Positions 39,808 to 47,880 of a stretch of 64,000 nt of DNA are shown here, one piece after another (the stretch's first letter is position 1; the number at the start of each line of letters is the position of its first letter). The position numbers and the translations under genes were made by a program. The stretch comes from Candidatus Dormiibacterota bacterium (GTDB lineage Bacteria; Chloroflexota; Dormibacteria; Aeolococcales; Aeolococcaceae), in contig DAINCY010000003.1 of assembly GCA_036732145.1 (NCBI GenBank), positions 9,596 to 73,595 on the forward strand, given 5' to 3'. The notes below the pieces were generated by a model. That model was not told the origin of the DNA, made no database searches, and worked only from the letters and a program-made list of their open reading frames with translations.

Positions 39808-40850
39808 CTGAAATGCTCTGCGGCGGCCGGCGGCGTTGTCATGCGTGCCCCATCCCGCCTGTCGAGAAGGCGCAGCCCTGAGCCCCGGCGCAGCATGCCG
39901 ACCCTGCTCAGTGGTGCCAGCTCCGCCGGCCAGTCCCGCAGCAGGGCGGTGGCCGCCTTCGTGGCAACCGCCACCATGAGCTCGAAGTCCTCGCCGCCCC
40001 CCAGTGCCAGTTCGAGCCATTCTCGGCCAAAACGGTCCCTCAGCTGTGCATCCGCCGGCACCCTGTCCGCCCAGAGCTCGACCGCACATCCGCACGCCTG
40101 CGCGGTGCGGGCCGCGTCCAGGAGGAGTCCATCGCTGATGTCTCCCCCACAGCGGACGCCGGAGTTGAGAAGCCGCCGGCCCTCCGCCAGCCGCGATGCC
40201 GGCCGTAGCTGGGCGTCGATCCACTCCTCCTCCACGCCGGCCACCGGAGCGCGGTCCTCGAGCAGCAGGCGCAGGCCCGCCGCCGCGCGGCCGAGCACGC
40301 CGGTGACCATGAGAACGTCGCCCGGCCGGCCCGCGGTGCGTCGCAGAGCGCGGCCGGCCGGGAGGCTGCCGATCACGCACACATCGATCACCAATGGACC
40401 GTGGATGGCACTGACATCGCCTCCGACCACCCTGCAGCCCGCTGCTGCGGCCGCCTCACACAGCCCTCGCTGGATATCGAGGATGTCATCAAGCTGCTCC
40501 GACCGCCCCGCGCACAGCGTGGCCACGCAGTGCAACGGTTCCGCTCCCATCCCGGCGAGGTCAGACACCGCCACCGCAAAGGCCCGTCTGCCCAGCTGTC
40601 GCGGGGTGATCCAGGTGCGGCGGAAGTCGACATCCTCGACCAGAGCGTCGACACTGACCGCTAGGTCGTGGCCGGCCGGCGGGGTCCAGATGGCGGCGTC
40701 GTCTCCGCTGAGGGCTCCGCCAGCCGGCCCGGCGGCAGCCTCGGCGATCTCCACCAATCTCTCGAGGAGGGCGCGTTCACCGACCTCGGCGAGGGTCGGC
40801 CCGGCCGCGCCGAACCCGCGCTGCACCACCACGGGAGGGGATCCAAGCAT
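39804..40850 (-). CDS. thiL: Thiamine-monophosphate kinase
   Basis: ATG at 40850 in ORF 39804..41432. LAEVGERALLERL, GDDAAIW, AVSVDALVEDVDF, AVAVSDLAGMGA and VVGGDVS are AIR-synthase-fold ThiL motifs. Confidence 0.85.
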   Translation of the reverse strand: MLGSPPVVVQRGFGAAGPTLAEVGERALLERLVEIAEAAAGPAGGALSGDDAAIWTPPAGHDLAVSVDALVEDVDFRRTWITPRQLGRRAFAVAVSDLAGMGAEPLHCVATLCAGRSEQLDDILDIQRGLCEAAAAAGCRVVGGDVSAIHGPLVIDVCVIGSLPAGRALRRTAGRPGDVLMVTGVLGRAAAGLRLLLEDRAPVAGVEEEWIDAQLRPASRLAEGRRLLNSGVRCGGDISDGLLLDAARTAQACGCAVELWADRVPADAQLRDRFGREWLELALGGGEDFELMVAVATKAATALLRDWPAELAPLSRVGMLRRGSGLRLLDRRDGARMTTPPAAAEHFR

Positions 40851-40867
40851 CGTCGACCCTAACTCTA

Positions 40868-40893
40868 GGGACCGGCCCGGCCGGCCCGGTCCC
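40868..40893 (-). other. Very GC-rich stem-loop in the thiL leader
   Basis: GGGACCGG / CCGGTCCC form 8-bp arms around CCCGGCCGGC, which itself contains a tandem CCGGCCCGG x2. The structure lies 18-43 nt upstream of the thiL ATG on the minus-strand transcript. Confidence 0.6.
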
Positions 40894-41091
40894 CAGCTTA
40901 ACGGTCGCGCAGCGCTACGCTCTTGCTGCCGGATTCGGCTGCCAGACATCGGAAATCCCCCCGGACCCCAATGTATTCGTTTGCATTCGGCCCTCCGACC
41001 CTCTATCGTGCGGGCGAGCGTGCAGGGTCCCGCACCCCGCCAGCGCACCAGCAGATTGAGGGCCTCGGCAACGGGGGACGGAGGGCAGCTA

Positions 41092-42159
41092 TTGCGGGGT
41101 ACTCGCAAGCTTGTATCGGTCGTGGTCGGCAGCGCTGCTCTCCTCAGCATCGGCATCTCCGACATTCCCACCGGCCGGGCGGCCTCCACCGCGGCCGACG
41201 CGCTGCGGGCGCGACGGACCCAGTTGCTCCAGCAGCTGGCTGCCCTGGCGCCGGCGAAGAACAGCGCATCCGCCGCGCTCGCGGCAGCTGAGGTCGCCTT
41301 CGCAGCTGAGCAGGCGCAACTGCTCAAGGCCCAGAAGCAGCTCGCAGCCCTGAACGCTCGCCTCCTCGCCCTCAGTGGCCAGATCACCGACGACGAGGCG
41401 ACGATCGTCAGGGCCAGGCACGACCTGGCCACGCTGACCCGCCAGAGCTACGAGACCACCAGCACCCAGTCATGGGTGGCGGCGGTGCTCAGCGCCACCT
41501 CCTTCAGCCAGGCCATGGACCGGCTCGCGGGCACCTCGCACGTCGCCGAACAGGTCCAGCATCTGCAGAGCAACGTCCGCGCCAAGGAAGGCGCCATCGC
41601 CAGCGAGCAGAGGGAGATCCACAAGGACGCCGCGTCGTCGACGGCGCTCGAAGGTCAGTTGGCGTCGGACAGCAACGCCCTGCTCATGCTCGTCGGGGTG
41701 CGCAACTCCCGTCTGCAGTCGGCAAGCGCGCCGGCGCGAGCCATCGGCGTGCAGATCGCCGAGATTGATCAGCAGCTCGCCGGGGGCAATGCACCGCCAC
41801 GGTCCGGCGCCTCCTGCGGCAACCATTTCGCCTACGGGCAGTGCACCTGGTACGTTGCCAGCCGGCGGTGCATCCCTTGGCTCGGCAACGCCAACCAGTG
41901 GTTCGGCAGCGCTGCCAGGATGGGATACCCCGAGGGCCACACGCCCCAGGTCGGCGCCGTCGTCACCTTCTGGCCAGGCGGTGACGGTGCCAGCCGGGTC
42001 GGTCACGTCGGGTACGTCGAGGCTCTCGGGCCAGCGTCGGGCGTGCCCGCGGGCTCCTTCAAGTTTTCCGAGATGAACTACAGCGGCTGGAACCGGGTCG
42101 ACTACCGGATCCTTCCCGGCAACTCATCGGGCATCCAGGGTTTCATCTACGCGAAGTAG
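41092..42159 (+). CDS. Secreted coiled-coil + CHAP-domain peptidoglycan hydrolase (PcsB/CwlO-like architecture)
   Basis: TTG at 41092 is preceded by GGAGGG with a 6-nt spacer, in frame with ORF 39781..42159. It has a signal peptide (LRGTRKLVSVVVGSAALLSIG), ~230 aa of Ala/Leu/Gln-rich coiled coil, and a C-terminal CHAP domain (CGNHFAYGQCTWYVA...GHVGYVE). Confidence 0.8.
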   Translation: MRGTRKLVSVVVGSAALLSIGISDIPTGRAASTAADALRARRTQLLQQLAALAPAKNSASAALAAAEVAFAAEQAQLLKAQKQLAALNARLLALSGQITDDEATIVRARHDLATLTRQSYETTSTQSWVAAVLSATSFSQAMDRLAGTSHVAEQVQHLQSNVRAKEGAIASEQREIHKDAASSTALEGQLASDSNALLMLVGVRNSRLQSASAPARAIGVQIAEIDQQLAGGNAPPRSGASCGNHFAYGQCTWYVASRRCIPWLGNANQWFGSAARMGYPEGHTPQVGAVVTFWPGGDGASRVGHVGYVEALGPASGVPAGSFKFSEMNYSGWNRVDYRILPGNSSGIQGFIYAK

Positions 42160-42854
42160 TCGGCGCGCAGCGACTCCAGTCGCCGGTCGTCGAGCTCGAG
42201 CAGAGACTGAAATCGGAGCGTCGCCGCGTCCAGCCGTGGATCCGACGCGGTGACCGCGTCCGGGACGACGATGCACGGCATCCCGGCCGCGCGTGCCGAC
42301 AACACTCCATTGACCGAGTCCTCGATGGCCAGGCAGCCGGCAGGCGGCACTCCGAGCAAAGACGCCGCGCGCAGGTAGACGTCCGGCGCCGGTTTCCCGC
42401 GCAATTCCGATGCCGCGGAACAGGCCACGTCGATCTCACCGGCGATGCGCAGCTTCTCGATCACCATCGTCATCAGCGACGGCGGCGAGGACGACGCCAG
42501 AGCGCACAGAAGGCCGGCGCGTCGCGCCACCGCGATGGCGTCGAGCGCACCCTCGATGGCCACTCCGTGCCGGCTGACGTGGGCGCTGACGCCGGCGAGA
42601 ATGCGATCCACGACAGCATGGCGCGGGGCGCCCGTCCACGACCGGCGCGCGTACCAGAGTTGCACCACGTCGGCGATGCGCAGGCCCATGGTCTCCCGGC
42701 ACTCGGCTTCGGTGAGGTGCAGGCCGAGCGAGGCGAAGACCTCCATCTCGACGCTACGCCAGACCGGTTCGGTGTCGATGAGCACGCCGTCCATGTCGAA
42801 GATGACGGCTCGCAGTCCGTCGACCGCCGGCGCGCGGTCGCCGGCGACGGTCAC
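42147..42854 (-). CDS. HAD-IA hydrolase (sugar-phosphatase / beta-phosphoglucomutase-like)
   Basis: 235 aa. AVIFDMDGVLIDTE is present. The GTG start overlaps the upstream stop (GTGA). Confidence 0.85.
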   Translation of the reverse strand: MTVAGDRAPAVDGLRAVIFDMDGVLIDTEPVWRSVEMEVFASLGLHLTEAECRETMGLRIADVVQLWYARRSWTGAPRHAVVDRILAGVSAHVSRHGVAIEGALDAIAVARRAGLLCALASSSPPSLMTMVIEKLRIAGEIDVACSAASELRGKPAPDVYLRAASLLGVPPAGCLAIEDSVNGVLSARAAGMPCIVVPDAVTASDPRLDAATLRFQSLLELDDRRLESLRADYFA

Positions 42855-44086
42855 ACGGAGCGCCGGCCTTCCAGCACCCGGCGAGTCCTCTCCTGCGCGG
42901 CAGGGAGCTCCTCGAGGAGGTCACGCGGCAAGGCTCCCGCTCGTCCCCGGCGCTCCTGCACGGCCAGCGCCGCCTCAGCGTGGATGAACACCGCGGCCAC
43001 TGCCGCGTCGAAGGGAGGCAGGCCCTGCGCCAGGTACGCTGCAAGCAGCCCGGAGAGGACATCACCGCTGCCACCGCTGGCCAGCGCGACGACGCGGAGG
43101 TCGCTGACGTGCACGCGGCCGTCCGGACCGGCGATGACGGTGTCGCTGCCCTTGAGCACCACCACAGCCCCGCTCGCGGCGGCGAACTCGAGGGCAAGCT
43201 GGCGACGCCGCGACTGGACCTCGGCGGTGCCGATGCCGCAGAGACGGCCCATCTCCGCCGGATGCGGCGTGAGGACTGTGGGCTGCTTGCAGGATCGCCA
43301 ATCAAAGCCTCGCGCCGCGGCGATGTTGAGCCCGTCGGCGTCGACCACAGTCGGGGCCGGCAGCAGAGGCAGTAGATCGATCAGAAGCCTCTCGGTGCCG
43401 GCGGCGCGGCCCAGACCGGGGCCCACCACGATGGCCGTCGCGTCGGCCAGGTGGTTGTCGTGCAAGGGCACCAGCGCTGCCGGCGCCAGCCCGCCGTCGG
43501 CGTCGGGAAGCGGGTGGGCCATGACCTCGAGCGTCTGCGACGCCACCACCTGGTAGATCGACTCGGGCACGCAGAGACGCACCTTGCCCGCACCGCCGCG
43601 AGCCGCGGCCATGGCGCTCATCAGCGGGGCACCGCTGAATCCAACCGCTCCGCCCACCACGACGACGGTGCCGAACGTGCCCTTGTGGGCGTCCTCGGGC
43701 CGATCGGCGAGGCGCAGCTCGTCAGGGACCTCGGCGAACGTCGTGGGGCTGGGGCTGCCCGTGACCAAGGCGATGGCGACGTCACCCTCGTGGCTGAGTG
43801 AGAGCCGTAGCCGGCAGGGGAGACCGCGCAAGCGCAGCCATGGGGCGCCGCCTGGGGCGATGACCACCTCGATCTCACGGAAGGCAGGCAGCGGCAGCCC
43901 GGCGGCGCCGCAGAGTTTGCGCACCGCCTCCTTGGCCGCCCACCGCGTCGCCCAGCGCTGAGGATGGCCGTCGCAGTCGCGCCGCTCGCCGGCGGTGTAC
44001 AGCCGTGTGGCCGTCTGCGGCCGTCGTGTCAGCAGCGCGGTGACGCGGGACACCGACGCGATGTCGATCCCAGCGCCGCCGCTCAC
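42851..44086 (-). CDS. Fusion protein: holo-ACP synthase (AcpS) N-domain + ADP-dependent NAD(P)H-hydrate dehydratase (YjeF_C/NnrD) C-domain
   Basis: The GTG at 44086 overlaps the glmS stop (GTGA). The N-terminal ~115 aa are GIDIASVSRV...WAAKEAVRK...SLSHEGDVAIALV. The remainder is AHKGTFGTVVVVGG...VVGPGLG...VLTPHPAEM...VLKG...GGSGDVLSG. Confidence 0.8.
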   Translation of the reverse strand: MSGGAGIDIASVSRVTALLTRRPQTATRLYTAGERRDCDGHPQRWATRWAAKEAVRKLCGAAGLPLPAFREIEVVIAPGGAPWLRLRGLPCRLRLSLSHEGDVAIALVTGSPSPTTFAEVPDELRLADRPEDAHKGTFGTVVVVGGAVGFSGAPLMSAMAAARGGAGKVRLCVPESIYQVVASQTLEVMAHPLPDADGGLAPAALVPLHDNHLADATAIVVGPGLGRAAGTERLLIDLLPLLPAPTVVDADGLNIAAARGFDWRSCKQPTVLTPHPAEMGRLCGIGTAEVQSRRRQLALEFAAASGAVVVLKGSDTVIAGPDGRVHVSDLRVVALASGGSGDVLSGLLAAYLAQGLPPFDAAVAAVFIHAEAALAVQERRGRAGALPRDLLEELPAAQERTRRVLEGRRSV

Positions 44087-45921
44087 TCCACGGTGACCGA
44101 CTTGGCGAGGTTGCGCGGCTGGTCGACGTCGCATCCGCGCTCCACCGCCACGTGGTAGGCAAAGAGCTGGAGCGGCACCACGTTGATCAGCGGTGAGATC
44201 AACTCGTCGGTGAGCGGGACCTCGATGAGGTCGCGGACGAACCCGGCGTCGAAGGGGTTCTCGCCCACGCTGACCAGGGCGATCACAGGCGCGTCGCGCG
44301 TGCTGACCTCCTGGATGTTGCTGACCATCTTCGCCAGGGTGCGTGACCGCGTGGCCATCGCCACCACCGGCACGTCAGGGTCGAGCAGCGCGATCGGTCC
44401 GTGCTTCAACTCACCCGCGGCGTACCCCTCAGCATGGATGTACGACACCTCTTTGAGCTTGAGCGCGCCCTCGAGTGCCACTGGGAAATTGATGCCACGA
44501 CCGATGAACATGGCGTTGCGCGTGTGTGCGTAGCGCTGCGCCATCTCGGCGAGTTGAGGCTCCAGACCCAGCGCTTGCTCGATCAGCTCTGGGGCCTCGA
44601 TCAGCGCGCTGGTGAGGCGGCGGTGCTCGCCGTCATCGAGGACACCACGCGCCGCCCCCAGGCGCAGCGCCAAGAGCATCCCACAGGCCATCTGGGTGAG
44701 CATCGTCTTGGTGGCTGCGACACAGATCTCCGGTCCGGACTGCATGTAGATGACGCCGTCCGCCTCCATGGAGAGGGCGCTGCCGACAACGTTGGTCACG
44801 GCGATCACCTTGGCTCCATGCCGCCGGGCCTCGCGCACGGCGGCCAGGGTGTCGGCGGTCTCGCCGGACTGGGAGAAGGCGACCACCAGTGTTTGCTGAT
44901 CGAGCAGCGGGTCGCCGTACCGAAACTCGCTGGACGGTTCGACGTCGCAGCGCACCCGCGCCAGTTTCTCGATGGCGTACTTGGTGACCATGCCCGCGAT
45001 CCACGCCGAACCGCAAGCCACGATGGTCACCTGGCGGAGGTCACGGAGGTGGCTGTCGTCGAGGAGCACGTCGGGAAGATCGACGAGTCCACCGTCGTCG
45101 ATGCGCCCTCGCAGAGCGCTGCGCAGCGCCTCCGGCTGTTCGTAGATCTCCTTGAGCATGAAGTGTGGAAAGCCGTTCTTCTGCGCCTGCTCCGCCTCCC
45201 AGGTGACGGCGATGACCCGGGGCTCCACCGCCGTGCCGTCGAGGCTGGTGATGGTCACGCCGTGCGGGGTGGCCGAGGCCAACTCTCCCTCCCCGAGCAA
45301 CACCACGCGCTTGGTGTAGGGGATCAGCGCGGTGATGTCACTGCTGACGAAGATCTCATCGTCGCCGAGGCCGATGACCAGCGGCGCGTTGAAGCGCGCC
45401 CCCACGATGCGTCCGGGCTCGTCTGCCGAAATCACCACCAGCGCGTACGCGCCGCGAATGCGTTGCAGCGCTGCCCTGACCGCGACGGCCAGGTCGCCGG
45501 CGTAGTACTGCTCGATGAGGTGCGGCACCACCTCGGTGTCGGTATCGCTGGTGAACTCGTGGCCGGTGGCGACGAGCTCAACCCGCAACTCACGGTAGTT
45601 CTCGATGATCCCGTTGTGGATGATGTGGATGCGCCCGGTGCAGTCCCGATGGGGATGCGCATTGATGACTGTGGGGCGTCCGTGCGTCGCCCAGCGGGTG
45701 TGGCCGATGCCGGTGTGCCCGCGGGGCATCCCGCCCGCGTCGAACTGATGGATGAGCTCGGCGACCTTGAGGTTGCTCTTGGCCACAGCAGTGGCGCCGC
45801 CCTCCTCGTCGAGCACGGCAATGCCCGCTGAGTCATAACCGCGGTACTCGAGCCGCTGCAGGCTGTCGAGGAGTACGGGCGCGGCCTGACGAAGCCCCGA
45901 GTAGCCGATGATTCCGCACAT
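44083..45921 (-). CDS. glmS: Glutamine--fructose-6-phosphate aminotransferase
   Basis: ATG at 45921 in ORF 44083..46092. The N-terminus is MCGIIGY. Two SIS domains are present. The C-terminus is ...LAKSVTVE. Confidence 0.97.
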   Translation of the reverse strand: MCGIIGYSGLRQAAPVLLDSLQRLEYRGYDSAGIAVLDEEGGATAVAKSNLKVAELIHQFDAGGMPRGHTGIGHTRWATHGRPTVINAHPHRDCTGRIHIIHNGIIENYRELRVELVATGHEFTSDTDTEVVPHLIEQYYAGDLAVAVRAALQRIRGAYALVVISADEPGRIVGARFNAPLVIGLGDDEIFVSSDITALIPYTKRVVLLGEGELASATPHGVTITSLDGTAVEPRVIAVTWEAEQAQKNGFPHFMLKEIYEQPEALRSALRGRIDDGGLVDLPDVLLDDSHLRDLRQVTIVACGSAWIAGMVTKYAIEKLARVRCDVEPSSEFRYGDPLLDQQTLVVAFSQSGETADTLAAVREARRHGAKVIAVTNVVGSALSMEADGVIYMQSGPEICVAATKTMLTQMACGMLLALRLGAARGVLDDGEHRRLTSALIEAPELIEQALGLEPQLAEMAQRYAHTRNAMFIGRGINFPVALEGALKLKEVSYIHAEGYAAGELKHGPIALLDPDVPVVAMATRSRTLAKMVSNIQEVSTRDAPVIALVSVGENPFDAGFVRDLIEVPLTDELISPLINVVPLQLFAYHVAVERGCDVDQPRNLAKSVTVE

Positions 45922-46003
45922 CTGGTCTGTGAACGGCTCCAGGAACGGGGTGGTTACTGGACGGGCGGCGCGGCCGGGCGAGTTGGCGCATCGGCGCCGT
46001 GCC

Positions 46004-47026
46004 CTACGGTGATGACGGGACCGGTGTCGGTGTCGGTGTCGGTGTGGGCGTGGCGGTCGGCGTGGGCGTCGGCGACGACTGAGGAATCGCAAGCACGGTG
46101 ACTGTGACCGTCACCGTGCCAGGTGCGGTGGTGACCCCTGCCGGCGTGATGATGTGGACGGTGAAGCTCAGCGTGCCGGTGATGCCGTTGAGTGAGATGG
46201 GCCCTGTGGGGATCGAGTCCAGCGTGTTGAGCAGTTCCTGCGGACCGCTGAGGATCACGCTGGCGGGGCTGACGCTCTCCGTCGCCAGGTAGTGACCCGG
46301 CGGCGCGATGCCCACCTTCGGCAGCACCGCGCTGGCCCGCGACGTCAGGCTGGCCGCCACGTCGATGGTGACCAGCACCCCTCCCTCGGGGTGACCGGCA
46401 ACGGCGATGGTGAGGCCGAAGTTGCCCAATTGATGTCCGCTGGTGTCGACGAGAATCACCTTCTCGGTGGCCTGGAGGTTTGTCTTCTGGGTGGCGAGGT
46501 TGACCGTCACCCGCGCCTCCACGCCGGCCAGCTGGCGCTGCGGGCCGATGACTGTCACGGTGGTCGGAGTGGTTGAGGTGCTGATCACCACATATCCCGG
46601 TGGCGGTGGTGCGTTGTAGACGACTGTGACACCAACTGTTCGCGAGCCGAGGTGGTCCACCTCGGCGTTGATGGTGGTGGGTGGGTTGTCGAGGGCAACG
46701 TCGCGATCGTTGTTGATCACGGATAGCGGCAGGGTCTGGCTGCCTGCCTGGGTGATCGACCTGTAGTCCACGCTGAGGACCAGATCGGCGGAGACGAAGG
46801 CGCTGAGGTGCGCTCGCGTGCCACTCACTCTGATCACCTGGGGGGGAATCGCGTGGACCAGCACCCAGGGAGCGACCATGGCGTCGGTCTGAGGCACGTC
46901 GATCGTCAGCGACCGTGTGTCCGGCGGATTGGCCGCGTAGGCAACCCCCGCCCACATGACGGTCGCCAATCCTGCGGCCAGCACTTTGAGGCGCAGATTG
47001 CGGGTCGCGAAGCCGGGAACCCTCAC
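46004..47026 (-). CDS. cdaR: YbbR-domain protein CdaR (c-di-AMP cyclase regulator)
   Basis: The GTG at 47026 overlaps the cdaA stop (GTGA). It has an N-terminal TM segment (LRLKVLAAGLATVMWAGVAYA), repeated YbbR-like beta modules and a C-terminal (PT)n tail. Confidence 0.8.
   Translation of the reverse strand: MRVPGFATRNLRLKVLAAGLATVMWAGVAYAANPPDTRSLTIDVPQTDAMVAPWVLVHAIPPQVIRVSGTRAHLSAFVSADLVLSVDYRSITQAGSQTLPLSVINNDRDVALDNPPTTINAEVDHLGSRTVGVTVVYNAPPPPGYVVISTSTTPTTVTVIGPQRQLAGVEARVTVNLATQKTNLQATEKVILVDTSGHQLGNFGLTIAVAGHPEGGVLVTIDVAASLTSRASAVLPKVGIAPPGHYLATESVSPASVILSGPQELLNTLDSIPTGPISLNGITGTLSFTVHIITPAGVTTAPGTVTVTVTVLAIPQSSPTPTPTATPTPTPTPTPVPSSP
46023..46070. repeat. Tandem hexamer repeat (GGYGTS x8) encoding the Pro-Thr tail of CdaR
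   Basis: The sequence reads ggtgtc ggtgtc ggtgtc ggtgtg ggcgtg gcggtc ggcgtg ggcgtc. It translates on the minus strand to PTPTATPTPTPTPTP. Confidence 0.7.
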
Positions 47027-47880
47027 GGATGTGTCCGGCGCCGGATGGCGCGGAGCACCGCCGGTCGCGGCATGATCCCCTGACGCTCGGGCCCACCGAC
47101 GCCCGTGAGGGTGATCAGGGTGTTGCGCAGCGCCTTGGCGTCGAGTCCGCGGGTGATGCGCCCTTCGCGGGCCACGCTGATCAACCCCGTCTCCTCGCTG
47201 ACGATCAGCACCACCGCATCGCTCTGCAGCGTGAGTCCCACCGCGGCCCTGTGTCGCGTGCCCATCCGGCCCACGCCGGGGATGGTCTCGGCGAGCGGAA
47301 GAACGCAACCGGCGGCGATCAGTCGCGCGTTGCGGATGATCACCGCGCCGTCGTGGAGGGAGGTGCCCGGCATGAAGATTGTGGCCAGCATCTCGGCGGT
47401 CACCTCACCGTCGATGCGCACCCCGGTGGCGGCGATGTTCTCGAGGCCGGTCTCGCGCTCGAACACCACCAGGGCGCCCGTCTTGCGCTCGCTGAGCGAG
47501 GCTGCGACACGGATGACCTCGTCGACGGATCGCTGCGTGTCGGCGGAGGCGTGCTGGCCGAGCAGCGATCGCACCGGGCCGAGCCGCCCCACCTGATCCA
47601 GCGCGCGACGCAACTCAGGCTGAAAGAGGATGACCGCCGCAATCACGATCGCCTGGCCGCCGTTGGCGAAGATGAACTGCAGGAGTCGAAGGTTCAGGGC
47701 CTCGGCGGCCAGGCCGACAGCGATGATCACCCCGAGGCCGACGAGAAGCTGAGCCGCCTGGGTTCCGCGGATCAACTTCAGCAACTGGTAGAGGAGCACG
47801 GCCACGATGGCGACATCGAGCACGTCGCGCCAGCCGATGCTCTGCAGGAAGATGAGTCCGTCGTGCCACAGCGTGCTCAC
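47023..47880 (-). CDS. cdaA: Membrane-bound diadenylate cyclase CdaA (DacA)
   Basis: 285 aa. Three N-terminal TM segments are followed by a DAC domain with DGAVII (DGA) and GTRHRAA (RHR) motifs. The GTG start overlaps the argF stop (GTGA). Confidence 0.9.
   Translation of the reverse strand: MSTLWHDGLIFLQSIGWRDVLDVAIVAVLLYQLLKLIRGTQAAQLLVGLGVIIAVGLAAEALNLRLLQFIFANGGQAIVIAAVILFQPELRRALDQVGRLGPVRSLLGQHASADTQRSVDEVIRVAASLSERKTGALVVFERETGLENIAATGVRIDGEVTAEMLATIFMPGTSLHDGAVIIRNARLIAAGCVLPLAETIPGVGRMGTRHRAAVGLTLQSDAVVLIVSEETGLISVAREGRITRGLDAKALRNTLITLTGVGGPERQGIMPRPAVLRAIRRRTHP

Noticed and set aside
39781-41091. First 437 codons of the 792-aa + strand ORF (39781..42159)
   Set aside because: This part lies antisense to thiL and tsaE, which have clear homology. 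It is Arg/Ser/Pro/Ala-rich with no motif. The real CDS begins at TTG 41092, which has a GGAGGG SD and a signal peptide. It is the kind of open antisense frame that GC-rich DNA commonly produces.
40851-41091. TPP riboswitch upstream of thiL
   Set aside because: A GGGGUGC block is present. The diagnostic CUGAGA and ACCUGAUCUGGAUAAUGCCAGCGUAGGGA-type segments are absent. thiL is also not a typical TPP-riboswitch target.
45922-46003. glmS ribozyme upstream of glmS
   Set aside because: Only 82 nt separate glmS from cdaR, which is too short for the roughly 170-nt ribozyme as I recall its size. The sequence lacks the conserved core segments I remember.
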